Shown: positions 30,961 to 44,417 of the stretch, one piece after another
Numbering within the stretch: position 1 is the stretch's first letter
Layout of the letters: the number at the start of each line of letters is the position of its first letter
NCBI RefSeq assembly: GCF_030684315.1
Contig: NW_026728203.1
Span: forward strand, 62,001 to 126,000
Source of the DNA: Stegostoma tigrinum
Taxonomy: Eukaryota
Reading direction: 5' to 3'
Length of the DNA: 64,000 bases
Program-made: the position numbers and the translations under genes
The notes under the pieces: model-generated
What the model was told of the DNA's origin: nothing
The model's database searches: none
The model's input: only the letters and a program-made list of their open reading frames with translations

Positions 30961-32147
30961 TAGAACAATACAGCGCAGAACGGGCCCTTCGGCCCTCGAT
31001 GTTGTGCCGACCTGTGAGCTAATCCAAGCCCCACCTCCTACACCATCCCGTCATCATCCATATGCTTATCCAAGGACTGTTTAAATGCCCCTAACGTGGC
31101 TGAGTTAACTACATTGGCAGGCAGGGCTTTCCACGCCCTTACCACTCTCTGAGTAAAGAACCTGTCTCTGACAAATGTCTTAAATGTATCACCCCGCAAT
31201 TTGTAGCTATGCCCCCTTGTACAAGTTGAAGTCATCATCCTCGGAAAAAGACTCTCACTGTCCACCCTATCTAATCCTCTGATCATCTTGTATGTCTCTA
31301 TTAAATCCCCTCTTAGCCTACTTCTCTCCAATGAGAACAGATCCAAGTCCCTCAGCGTTTCTTCATAGGGCCTGCGCTCCAGACCAGGCAACATCCTGGT
31401 AAATCTCCTCTGCACCTTTCCCAATGCTTCCACATCCTTCCTGTAATGGGGTGACCAGAACTGCACGCAATATTCCAAATGAGGCCGCACTAGCGTTTTG
31501 TACAGTTGCAGCATGACATCACGGCTCCGGAACTCAATCCCTCTACCAATAAAACCTAACACACGGTAAGCCTTCTTATCAGCATCAACCTGGGTGACAA
31601 CTTTCAGGGATCTATGTACATGGACACCAAGATCCATCTGCACATCCACACTGCCAAGAATCTTTCCATTGACCCGGTATTCTGCCTTCCTGCTATTCCC
31701 CCAAAAGTGAATCAACTCACATTTATCTGCATTGAACTCCATTTGCCACCTTTCAGCCCAATTCTGCAGTTTATCCAAGTCTCCCTCCAACGTGCAACAT
31801 TCTTCCACACCGTCCACCACTCCACCGACTTTAGTGTCATCTGCAAACTTACTAACCCATCCACCTATGCCTGCGTCCAAGTCATTTATAAAAATGACAA
31901 ACAGCAGTGGTCCTAAAGCAGATCCTTGAGGCACACCACGAGTGACCTGACTCCAGGCTGGATATTTTCCATCAACCACCACTCGTTGCCTTCTCACAGA
32001 AAGCCAGTTTCTAATCCAAACTGCTAAATCTCCCTCAATCCTGTGCCTCTGTATTTTCTCCAATAGCTTACCATGTGGAGCCTTATCAAAGGCTTTACTG
32101 AAGTCCATGTACACCATGTCAACTGCCCTTCCCTCATCCACATGCTT
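30961..32147 (-). mobile_element. 5'-truncated CR1 LINE subfamily B
   Basis: 367-aa RT ORF 31038-32141 (YMDFSKAFD, GVPQG, FADD, LEYCVQFWSP). TSD GGTTCA at 30955-30960 and 32148-32153; empty sites near 13110 and 25033. Confidence 0.93.
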
Positions 32148-34526
32148 GGTTCACCTCAGCCTTCTCAATAACAGCTTCATCTTGGCTGGTCACTTTCAGA
32201 TAATCACATACTTGAAACCCAAAGTCTCTCTGCTCCTGTACTCACATCAGATTTGTAACATTGAGCCTGTTTTGTCTTTCTATGTTTCTCAAACAAAATG
32301 TGTTATTCACATATTTTTAGTGTTGAAATTAGAAAGTGATTGTCAAAGTCAAGCCTTACCCAATAAATATCTAACAGCACGTGCACATATTATCTTCTCC
32401 ACAAAGAAGCTGTTTTTGACATTATCCTGGATGATTTTGTTGAAATGTGAAAACTATAATCCTATTTTGCACACAGTCCTCAATGACCATAGACAAGAAA
32501 TAGATTCTGTCTGTTCACTCTGTCAAATCCATTAATCCTCTTTGAAATTTCAAACACGGCCATCCCTTAACCTTCTACACAGAGGGACTGGGACAAACCG
32601 TTATCATCAATGAACCAGCTCTCTGTCCAAGTTCATTGCAGAAATTCTGTGCATAACCATCTTTGGGTCGAAGCTGCTAGAACTGAGCACTCCAGCTGTG
32701 GTTGAGCTGGAACTTGACAATTTCACAAAAGAACCATCAGCCAGAGGTAGTTGAAACCCTCGGAGATCAGGCCTAACATTAGATGAGAGAATGTGGTGGC
32801 TTGCGTTCTTGAATTGCTGTTGCCCATTTGGTGTAGGCAGATCCCCAATGCTGTTAGGGAGGGAATTCCAGGATTCTGATCCAGCAACCTGGGGGAATGG
32901 GACCATGTTTCCAACTCAGGATGGTGAATGGTTTGGTGTAGAACTTAGAGGCGGTTGTGTTCCATGTATTTGCTGCCCTTGTCCCATGGCAAGTAATGGG
33001 GGCTTTGGAAGGTGTTGTCTAAGGAGCTTTGGTGGATTTCTACAACATTTGGTGATAGTACACATTGCAGTCCCTGTGTGTCAGTGGTGGAAGGAGTGAA
33101 TCTCGTGGCTGCTCTGAGCTGGCAACTCTTAAGCTTCTGGAGTGTTGGACTGATGCCCATTGTCCTGATTCTGTCTGAACAACTCTCTTCGGGCATTAAG
33201 AACCTAAAAATGAGCATGCAATTCCTAGTCTGAATAAAATATCCTTTTCACTGAAGTCATTCAGGGAAGGGAACTGCCAAACTGCCATCCTTACCTGGTC
33301 TGGCCAGTATATGACACCAAGCCTAAAGCACTGTGGGTGACTAATTGTCCCATGGGCAGTTCAGAGAGAGGATAAATGCTGCCTGGTCAGTGACATCCTT
33401 ATCCTGTCAAGGAATTGTCAGTGGTCACCCATTAGAAACCAGTGACTGATTGTGATTGACAGCAATGAGCTAGACCCAATGCAGCGTGTGTGGAGCCACA
33501 TGGAGGCCAGATTACATCAGAAAGCTGATTTTCTTCACAATTAAATGTAAAGGAAATTGTAACTACTGACTTCTGCAAGTGGTATTTTGTTTTTAGCTTG
33601 ATTTTCACCAGGTGTCCTCAGCATTTGTCACCTTTGCATTGCAGAGCAAGGACAGGAGTTACAGCAGATGCTTTAGAAGGTGGGCACTGCTTCATTGCCT
33701 AATAGAGGCCATAGTCATTAGCATTGTCAGGGAGAAAGCAGAGCTTTCATTCTACTGAATGGAAAGGACATACGAGAGAAACCACTTCTCTAGCTCAGGA
33801 AACATGTAAATGGTAAACAGTTGCAAAAAAGCAGGTGTACCTTGCATGATTGGTCAACTTTATATTCTTCTAATGAGGAATTTTGTGACCTATTAAAGTC
33901 AGTAGAATTTAAGCAAGAGAACAAGTAGGTGGAAAACACCTCATGGCCTGGCAACAAAATCAGTCAAGAGATAAACACGTGTCTCATGTCCCGGTTCTGT
34001 TCAACACTTCTCACTACCAAACCTGAGATTTCCCAGCAGCTTTTGTTCCTGGTTTCCAGTGTCAGCTTGGTTTTTCCAAAAATGCTGAAGATTGAGTGAA
34101 TGGACAGGCCTTGGCAATGCCAATTGTTTAGGCACAGGACAGATTTCAGTCATGGTTTTGACCAGAAGCTGGTCCTGAAAAATTGTCCTGGGGAAGCGGA
34201 GGACAGATTTTGTTGTGGCATTGTCTGCAATGCAGATGTTTGCCAGTTGTGGCATTTCCAAGGTCAAGATTGCCCACTCAATCCCTACAGACAGACGCTC
34301 AGCAGAAGCAAACACCGAGCCAATAACTGGGGCAGGCAGTGAATCAAAAGGTTGTCAAAGAACAAAATCCATTTTGTGATCACTTGTTAAAACAGCAACC
34401 AGAAGCAGCTATGAAGTGACACAGTACTCAGTTCCATGGTGAACACTACTTTTATTTGCTCAGAGCACAACCAAAGCCATTCACGAGAATGAGGTCACCA
34501 TGTACAACAGATATTATTGACCCCAC

Positions 34527-35713
34527 TCAGCTGAGTGTGAGCCTATCAAACAGGTACTCTCCCGTGCCATTGTCAGGGGCTCCCAGTCTCTTCAGGTTGG
34601 TGATGTGATCTCCCAGTTTCTTGATCATCTTCACTTGCTCATCCAAGTAGTGCCTCTCCAGGAAGTCACACAGCTGGAAGACAAAATTAGTCCAGAGGAT
34701 CAAAAAGCAGTCTGAAAGTGACCTCCCATGACAGATGTGACCATCACCACCACGTGGAGGTCCACGTAGGTGATGCCTTTGAAAGGTTTTAACAGCCGGC
34801 AGGAGGCTGGGAGAAGGTAATTGGATTTTTAACCCAGAGAGTGCACAAACACACCACTTTCTTCCAAGAAAGAGAGAGAAAAGTTTACAAACTCACATGA
34901 GGGTCAGTGTGGCTAGAGGAGAGTTTGTGCAGATCCAGCAGACTCTGGTTCACATCCTTCTCCATCTGCAGAGCTCTCTGCATTGCCTCCAGACCATTGC
35001 CCCACTCATCCTGCTCTGGCTTCTGGAGGGAGGGAAGCAGGAACAGAAAGCACAGCTCAGCAGGCAGTTGTATCATTAGTCTACATCTGATCAGTTAGTT
35101 ATCCCTCATCATTGTAGGGGAGGTACTACAGGCCAACTTGACCTTGGTAAAACACCTGCTGTATTTGGTACTGTTCTTGAAGGGGACATTTCTAAACAGA
35201 TCCTGCTATGCTGTGATCAGAGTGATCTCAAGGCATCAGAAACATCTTTAGATGTATAAAGGCTTCATACTGATGCTTTCCACACCTGAAAGATTTCTGT
35301 TTTCCCTTTTGACACCTCATCTTGTCCAAAGCAGCGTTAGACACTGATATTTACTCACCATCCAGAATACTGGATTATCACAATTGCCAACTGTTGTTCA
35401 ATCACAAGTGCAAAAGTGTTTCCTTTTAGTGAAGGGAATCCTATTGTGGTGAGCAACCCTCCCATTCATACAGCATTTGTTCAGTCCTGAAGGTAAACAG
35501 ATTGAGCTAGCCACAATTGAGTGGTATTTCACGAAAAGCTGCAAACAGAAGGCTTTGGAATCCAACCTTGATGTCCTGCAGGAGGATTCGGCCCCCACGT
35601 TTATTCTGGAAAGCCATCAGGTTCTCAGCGTGTTCCTGCTCCTCATGGGACTGCTCCTTGAAGAACTCAGCAAAGTGACGCAGGGCAACATCATCCCGGT
35701 CAAAGTAAGAGAA
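34527..35713 (-). pseudogene. Ferritin copy 6, exons 2-4 only (35713-35567, 35022-34897, 34673-34527); exon 1 and promoter deleted
   Basis: Exons 2-4 are open with intact splice sites. Intron 1 runs into the same deletion junction as copy 3 (about 36345) and no exon 1 follows. Confidence 0.88.
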
Positions 35714-36366
35714 CTGTGGGGGAAGAGAAAGGCAGGAAAGGGAAACATATCTGATGTTAATCAATGGCACTCCTCAATCAGAAACTAACCTGGTCACCAT
35801 CTTGATTGCACACTTAAGAACAAAGAAAATCACAGCACAGGAGCAGGCCCTTTGGCCCTCCAAGCCTGCACCGATCGAGATCCTGTTGACGTCTGTCATC
35901 TCTTTTCTAGGGTCAGTATCCCGTTGCTCCCTGCCCATCCATGTACCTGTCCAGATACATCTTAAAAAGACACTTGCGTGACTTCGTCTCCCACCTCCAC
36001 ATGCAACGTGTGCCAGGCACCCTTCAACCTCTGCGGAAAGAGCTTGCCACACATCCACATGATAAATTGCCCGTAGGGTTCAGAAGTGTGGGGGGTTTTG
36101 GTGGGATGCTTCAAGGGCCAGTGTGGACATTTTTGGCTAAAAGGGCCTGTTTCCACATTGTAGGCAATCTAACCAAATCCCCTCGAAACTTTGCTCTTAT
36201 TTTGAACTCATGACTCCGAGTCATTGAATCCCCGACTCTGGGAAAAAGCTTCTTGCTATTCACCTTGTCTATAGTTCTCATGATTTTGTTGACCTCAGTC
36301 AGGTTCCCCACCGACCCCATCACCCTTCTAATGAAAATAATCTTAAATGCATTCATCTTTTATGTT

Positions 36367-37542
36367 ATAGAACAGAGAACATGACAGCACAGTACAGGCC
36401 CTTCGGCCCTTGACGTTGTGCCGACCTGTCATACCGATCTGAAGCTCATCTAACCTACACTATTCCATGTACGTCCATATGCTTGTCCAATGACAACTTA
36501 AATGTACTTAAAGTTGGTGAATCTACTACCGTTGCAGGCAAAACGTTCCACACCCTTGCTATTCTCTGAGTAAAGAAACTACCTCTGACATCTGTCATAT
36601 ATCTTTCACCCCTCAATTTAAAGCTATGCCCCTCGTGCTCGCTGTCTCCGTCTTAGGAAAAAGGCTCTCCCTATCCAACCTGTCTAACCCTTTGATTATC
36701 TTATATGCCTCAATTAAGTCACCTCTCAACCTTCTTTTCTCTAACGAAAACAGCCTCAAGTCCCTCAGCCTTTCCTCGTAAGACTTTCCCTCCATACCAG
36801 GCAACATCCCAGTAAACCTCCTCTGCACCCTTTCCAAAACTTCCACATCCTTCTTATAATGCGGTGACCAGAACTGTACGCAATGCTACAAGTGCGGCCG
36901 CACAAGAGTTTTGTACAGCTGCAGCATAACCTCTTGGTTCCGGAACACGATCCCTGTATTCATAAAAGCTAAAACACTGTCTGCCTTCTTAACAACCCTG
37001 TCAACCTGGGTGGCAACTTTCAAGGATCTGTGTACATGGTCACCGAGATCTCGCTGCTCATCTACACTACCAAGAATCTTACAGTACTTTGCCTTCGGGT
37101 TCCTCCTACCAAAGTGCATCACCTCACACTTGTCCGCATTAACCTCCATTTGCCACCTCTCAGCCCAGCTCTGCAACTTATCTACGTCTCTCTGTAACCT
37201 ACAACATTCTTCGTCACTACCCACATCTCCACCGACCTTAGTGTCGTCTGCAAATTTACTAACCCATCCTTCTACGTTTATAAAAATGACAAACAGCAGT
37301 GGACCCAACACGGACCCTTGCGGTACACCGCGAGTAACCGGTCTCCAGGATGAACATTTCCAATCAACCACCACGCTGTCTTCTTTCAGCAAGCCAATTT
37401 CTGATCCAAACTGTTATATCTCCCACAATCCCATTCCTCCGCATTTTGTACAACAGCCAACTGTGGGGAGCCTAATCGAACGCCTTGCTGAAATCCATAT
37501 GCACCACATCAACCGGTTTACTCTCATCTACCTGTTTCGTTA
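36367..37542 (-). mobile_element. 5'-truncated CR1 LINE subfamily A (duplicate)
   Basis: RT ORF pieces 36886-37392 and 36613-36846; TATGTT TSD. Confidence 0.93.
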
Positions 37543-39610
37543 TATGTTCCAATGGGAAAGTGATTGGCAACATCAACATCTTACCGAATAAATATCTAAC
37601 TGCTCATTCACATATTATCCTTTCCAAAAAGCAGCTGTTTTTTGCTTTATCGTGGATGATTTACTTCTACTGCTAGGAATGTAATCATATTCCCCCCTCT
37701 CAGTCCTGGATGCGAATTGAAAAGAAGCAAGATCTCTCTATCTACCCTATCAAATCCATGAATCCACTTGTAAATTTCAAGCACAGACATCCCGTCCACT
37801 TCTACATCGAGGGACTTGGGAAAACGATTATCATCGGAGCCAATTAACTTTCTGCCCAGGTTCATTCCAGAAATTTTGTGCATAAGCATCTTTGGATTGA
37901 ACCTACTAGAACCGTGCACTCGAGATGGAGTTGAGCTAGAACTTGACAATTTCACAAAAGGCGGCCCAGCCAGAGGTATTTGACCCGCTCTGAGATCACG
38001 CCCACCACGAGAACATTGGGGTGGGGGGGCTTTCCGTCTTTAATTGCTGTAGCCTATTTGCTGTAGTCAGATCCACAATGTTCCTAGTGAGGGAATTCCA
38101 GGATTCTGATCCACCGACACTGGAGAATGGGGTGTTATGTTTCCAACTCAGGATGGCAGGTAGCTTGATGGAGAACTTAGAGGGGGTGGTTTTCCCCTGT
38201 ATCAGATGCCTTTCTCCCATGGCCAGTAATTAGGGCTTTGGAAAGTATTGTCTCAGGAGCTTTGGTGGATTTCTACAGCTTTTGGGAGGCGGTACACAGT
38301 GTACTCCGTGTGTGTCAGTGGTGCAAAGAATGCATCTAGTGGTGCTGGAGGCCATCAAGTTTCTGGAGTGGTGGACTCATCTAATTCTGTGCGACAACTC
38401 TCTGGAGTTCTAGAATTAAGAAGCTGATGAGGAGAATTATATTCAGTGTCAAAAACACATCCTTACCTGGCCTGCGTATGATGCTGCAACCACAGCCATG
38501 TGTGAGACTCTGACCTGGCCTTGGGGACAATGAGCAATGGATAAATAAATGGTGTCAGCTCAGAGACATCCTCATCCTTTAAATAAAGGAAACTGTCACC
38601 CCTGAGCATCAGTAATTAGGCAGCCATAGTGCATTGCAGGTGGAGGTACATGCCGGTCAGTGTACATCAGGAGAGCTTATTTCCTTGCTAACCACAGAAA
38701 CTGCTGCTTTCTGCTAGTGGCATTTGCATTCTAGCTTTATTTTTACTGAGCCTTTGGCATCTCTACATTGCAGAGCAATGATAGAAGTTCTACCACAGGG
38801 GCTCCAAGGTGGGCACTGCTGCATTACGTAATGAGGATCATTGTCTAGAAGCAAAAAGACTGATACATGAGAAAACAAATTTTGCCATTCTCCTACAATC
38901 AGGCAGTGCCCTTACTCCTTCCCCCACTGCAGCAAAAGAGAGTAAACTATTTCCCAGCTCTGGAAACAATTGCTTATCTAAAATGCTAAAGATAAGTGCA
39001 TCTTAGATGCTGGATGTTCCACTATATATTCCTGTTCAAAAGAGTGAAAGTATGCTCAAATTGCTAGATTTGAAGTGCGACAAAAATAATTGTTGGAAAG
39101 CCTCACAGGTCTGGCAACATCTGTCAGAAGATGTGATTGTATCTTGGGTTCTGGGACTGAGAACAGTTCTCTCCACAGATGCTCTCCAAACCTGCTATTT
39201 CCTGCCCCTGCTTATTTACAAAAGAGACTTGAACATTGCCAAGGGCAGTGTCTAACATTGAAACAGGGGGCTGGTTTCACTGAAGATATTGACTAGAAGC
39301 TGGTTTGGAATAAAAAAGTCAATACAACACTGCTTAGTAGCCAAAAACCCAAATTGAACACTTGTGCAATTTCATCTGCGAGGATTGCCCACCTAATTCC
39401 TACAAACAAGAGAAAAGGGGCAGACATTGAATCAAAGGTTAATCAGAACAGAAAAGGAATTAATGATCAGGTGTCAAACAGCAATACCAAGAGCCAGAAG
39501 CAGCTCTGAAATTATGCAAAGTACTCAGTTCCATGTGAACACTATTTTAATTTGGTCAGAGCACAACCAAGTTACTAGCATTATGTCACCATACACATTA
39601 TTGACCCCAT

Positions 39611-42299
39611 TCAACTGAGCGTGAGCCTGTCAAACAGGTACTCTCCCGTGCCATTGTCAGGGGCTCCCAGTCTCTTCACGTTGGTGATGTGATCTCCCAG
39701 CTTCTTGATCATCTTCACTTGCTCATCCAAGTAGTGCCTCTCCAGGAAGTCACACAGCTAGAAGACAAAATTAATCCAGAGGATCAAAAAGGTGTCTGAA
39801 AGTGACCCCCATGACAGACGTGACCATCACCACCATGTGGAGGTCCACTGAGGTGAAGCCTTTGCAAGGTTTTACCAGCCGGTAGGAGGCTTGGAGAAGG
39901 TAATTCGATTTTTAAACCAAGAGAGAGTGCACAAACACATCACTTTCTTCCAAGGAAGAGAGAGAATACAGTTTACAAACTCACATGAGGGTCAGTGTGG
40001 CCAGAGGAGAGTTTGTGCAGATCCAGCAGACTCTGATTCACATCCTTCTCCATCTGCAGAGCTCTCTGCATTGCCTCCAGACCACTGCCCCACTCATCCT
40101 GCTCTGGCTTCTGGAGGGAGGGAAGCGGGAACAGAAAGCAGAGTTCAGCAGGCAGTTGTATCATTAGTCTACATCGGTTAGTATCCCTCATCATTGTAGG
40201 AGGTACTACAAACAAACTTGAATTTGATCAAGACAACTAGATTTTGTACTGAGGGACTAAGAAATTTTCTGAACACATTCTACTGTTCATGTCGATTCTC
40301 AGAATTCACATGCAGAGAATAGGTGCCAATGGAAGTAATTCCTGGCTTGAATCTTCCAGATTCAGAAAGGCTGGACACTGCTACTTTCCACACTGCAACA
40401 ATTTCCTGTCTTAGCTTTTGCTCCCTCATTCTGTCTGAAGGAGAGTCATTCACATTGATATCTACTCACTATGCTGGTGAGTCTCAATTGCCCTCAAGTG
40501 CAGAGTATTTCCTTTCACCTAAAGGAAGCCTATTTTGCAGAACAACCTCCCCTTCATACAGTATTTGTTCAATGCTAAATTGAATTAGCTGGAGATACCA
40601 GTCGATTGTAGCTGCTCAAAAAGCCACAAAACAGAAGGCTTCAGAATCTAACCTTAATGTCCTGCAGGAGGACTCGACCTCCACGTTTATTCTGGAATGC
40701 CATCAGTTTCTCAGCGTGTTCCCGTTCCTCATGGGACTGCTCCTTGAAGAACTCAGCAAAGTGATGCAGGGCAACATCATCCCGGTCAAAGTAAGAGAAC
40801 TGTGGGAAGAGAGAGGTTTAAAGGAAACTGTCTGAAATTCGTGAATGACACTCCTCACTCAGGAACTAACCTGGGCACCATCTTGATTCCACATTTAAGT
40901 GGTTAAAAAAACAGACAAAGCAGGAAGTCACCTTCCATGGATTATAACCCAAACAACAGATACTTAAGCAGCCTTTGTGCAGATATTTCACCAGCATTCT
41001 GGAAATCAAGGACAAAAACNNNNNNNNNNNNNNNNNNNNNNNNNNNNNNNNNNNNNNNNNNNNNNNNNNNNNNNNNNNNNNNNNNNNNNNNNNNNNNNNN
41101 NNNNNNNNNNNNNNNNNNNNNNNNNNNNNNNNNNNNNNNNNNNNNNNNNNNNNNNNNNNNNNNNNNNNNNNNNNNNNNNNNNNNNNNNNNNNNNNNNNNN
41201 NNNNNNNNNNNNNNNNNNNNNNNNNNNNNNNNNNNNNNNNNNNNNNNNNNNNNNNNNNNNNNNNNNNNNNNNNNNNNNNNNNNNNNNNNNNNNNNNNNNN
41301 NNNNNNNNNNNNNNNNNNNNNNNNNNNNNNNNNNNNNNNNNNNNNNNNNNNNNNNNNNNNNNNNNNNNNNNGACAGCTGGCTATTGCCATCAGACATCCC
41401 TGCTCTGCAGGTTAGAAGCACTATTGTTCAGGAGGTGGAGACCAGTTAGGCCCCTGTCCAACTGAATGAAGGGACGTGTGTTCGTGAACACAGCCAGAAA
41501 GCTCAGTCAGCAGCCTCATTATCACCATCACCCACCTGAATAACCCCAGTGTCCTACCATCCACTCCACAGAATTCTAACTGCTTTGTTAGAGAGAGAAA
41601 AAAGATCACATACATAGTGTGAAAGTGTGCCTCTTTCCTCACATTGCATAGCTCAAGGCCACTTGAGAAAGGGTCAGTGGACCCAGAGCTTGGATTTCTT
41701 CCAGGTGTGTAGAGCTTTTCTAGCTTTTCTGTTGGTGTTTAGTGTCCAGCAGCTGCTGTTCTTTTTGTTCAGGGAACTTTACATCTTGAGCACAGGACAG
41801 TCTGGTGAATGGGGCAAGGTTTTAAACAAAAAGGAGTATATTTGTGTCAGGAAAAGTTTCCACCAGGGAAGGCTTTTGTTGAGAAAATGAATGCAACCAA
41901 GTTTTAAAAAAATTAATTATTGACCAAGACCAAATCATCCCTCCAGAGTTAGATGAAAAATCACCAAGGGTTACATTGTCCAGAGACAGCAAGCTGGGCA
42001 TCCACATCCAGGAGCCAGTTGGACATGAAGACAATGGTCAGGTTTTGAACAGAGAGTCAGTGTTAAGGCCTGCACTAGATTGCAACAGGGGAAGGGCCAC
42101 AGAAAATAATACATGTTACAGCTAATTCATTAACCCAGCATAAAAACCAAACAGGTCAACACTATCATAGCACAGGCTTCAATTCCACAAAGCTCACCAT
42201 GGAGAGGTAAACATAGGAGGAATAGAGCTCCAGGTTGATCTGCTTGTTAACAGCATCCTCACAGTCCTTGTGGTAGTTCTGACACACTTGGGAAACCAT
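39611..42299 (-). CDS. Ferritin copy 7, 173 aa; exons 42299-42198, 40799-40653, 40110-39985, 39757-39611
   Basis: Open frame, canonical splice sites (exon 4 acceptor TAG). An assembly gap lies in intron 1, so linkage of exon 1 to exons 2-4 depends on scaffolding. Confidence 0.82.
41020..41371. other. Assembly gap (352 N) in intron 1 of copy 7
   Basis: Run of n characters. Confidence 1.
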
Positions 42300-42335
42300 C
42301 TTCACTATTCCTGCTCACAAGCACCAAGAAAACTC

Positions 42336-42482
42336 TAGAACTAAGTCTCTCTCTCCCACAGGCTCTTGTATTTATAGTCCTGGGACCATCCTGCAGTCAC
42401 ACAGAGAGAGGCAGAACTGATGATGACTGACAGTTGCTGCTGGCCAATCAGGAACCACCCCTGCATACAGGCACCAATGAGA
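42336..42482 (-). promoter_or_regulatory. Core promoter of copy 7 (TATAAATA 42369-42376, CCAAT motifs)
   Basis: Same block as copy 2. Confidence 0.7.
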
Positions 42483-44417
42483 GAGAGGGGGAGGGTGTGT
42501 TAAGCAGAGCTGATCAGAGGTGGAGATGAGAGCCAGGTCTGGATGGTTATTCTGTGATTGGAACAGCAGGAGGCCATTCGGCATCTCAAACCTTCTGCAC
42601 CACTCAATCAGGTCATAGATCATTTGGTTCTTTTTTAAAAGAAGTAAATATGGTTTGAGAAAAGATTGCTCGTTTTGTTTTTAAATTATGGTGGTTGTGA
42701 TCAACTGCACAAGGGACTCATTGAGGAAGGGGAGTGTCAGTTTCTCAGCCTGTTGTGCTGGGATTTGGGAAAGAAAGGTGGGAAATTGGCTCGGGGTCAT
42801 CGAAAATTGTCATAGTGTCAGCTGTGGAAAAGACAGGAAGGATGTTCCTGATGATGGAAAAGTTCAGGATCAGGGGTCACAGCCTAAGTACACATTTAGG
42901 CCTGAGATGAGGAGAAATCTCTTCACCGAGAGAGTGGGGGGTCCTGTGGAATTCTGTGCCACAGAAAACATTTGAGGCCAAAACTTTGAATGTTTTCCAG
43001 GAGCAGTTGGGTGTAGCTTTGAGGGCTGCAGGGATCAAAGAGTCTGGAGAGAGAGTGGGAAGATGGGACTGAGTTATGGAATCAGCCACAATCACATGGA
43101 ATGGCAGAGCAGTCTGGAGGGGGCTGAATGGCCGAATCCAACAATTTTTTTTCGATGATTCTAAGTTTGTACAACCAGTGCAGCCAGGGTATTGTGATGC
43201 AGGGGTAATGTCCCTAGCTGTGGACCAGGAAGCCTTGGTCCAAGTCCATACCAGATCCAGAGATTTTGTAACATCTTTACAGGCAGAATTAGAAAACAAC
43301 CAGAACAGGTGCAGGCACAAAGGACCGAATGGCCGCCTGCTGTGCCACAACAATTCTCCGATTCTGTGATGGGTCTGTACCTGAGCAGCATCTCCCTGCC
43401 TCCAGCTCCTGCCTGTGGATTGTCACCTCGCAGTGATGGAGAGCCTCGAGTGTTCTGTTGGTTCTGAGAGTGATACCTGAAGAGGATTTCACCTCCTGGC
43501 AGGGCCACCCAGGACGGTACGATCGAGGGGAGGGTCCTGGTAAAGTGCAATGCAAAACAAGTTCCCAACGGCCATCCAGGTGGAAGATAGGCGTGTGCTA
43601 TCGTTGGCTGTGACGGTGGGTGAAGGTCAGCAGTGGGGGGATCCCCAGTCAACATTTCTTTGCCAGTGGAACTGGGTCTACCTTGTGTAAAGGACCATGT
43701 CTCTGCTGATGTGTAACAGCTTTCCCACATTAAAGGTGCCTTGTACAGGTGCCCACTGAGAGGAGTACAAAGCCCCTCTCCAAACTCTGAGAATTTCCTG
43801 GGGGAACATGCAGAGGATTTTTAATGATAGGAGGCCATTTGGCCCATCGTGCCTGATTCAGTTTCTGAAAGCATTCCACACGCAGCCCCACTCTCCAGCC
43901 CTATGTCTGTATCCCTCTAAATTTGCCACTTCCATATATGTATACAGCTGCTTTTCTAAAGCCACCTACGGAATCTGCGTCCATCACTCCTGTCAGCTAC
44001 GCATACCAAACCCTACCAACTTTCTGAGTGAAGAGGTTTCTCCTCCTCTCACTGTGAGCTCCCTCACTGACAAATTGTGACCCCTCGTCACTAACGTATC
44101 CACTGGTGAAAACAGAATATCCCCCTTTACCCTGACAGAATTGGTGATAATTTTGATCACTTCAACAAGTGCTCCTTGCTCCAAGGAGAATAAGCGCTAT
44201 TTCTTTAATCTTTCCGTGTGTCTGAAATTCCCCATTCCAGGTGTCATTATTATAAATCACCTTTGAACTCTGTCCAGGGCTTGCATGCCCTTCCTTAAAA
44301 GCCACGCCCAGAACTGAGCACATCACTGCAAATGTGGTCTAACCAATGAGTTGTAGAGGGGTATCATCAATTCCTTGCTTTTATACTCGATGCCTCAATT
44401 TGAAAACACAAGGTTCA

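Noticed and set aside
31038-32141. 367-aa RT ORF as an active or domesticated gene
   Set aside because: It lacks the endonuclease and RT N-terminus, is bounded by a TSD, and its duplicate at 44.4-45.6 kb has a stop; it is a young truncated LINE.
40866-41465. ORFs spanning the N run
   Set aside because: Artefacts of the assembly gap.
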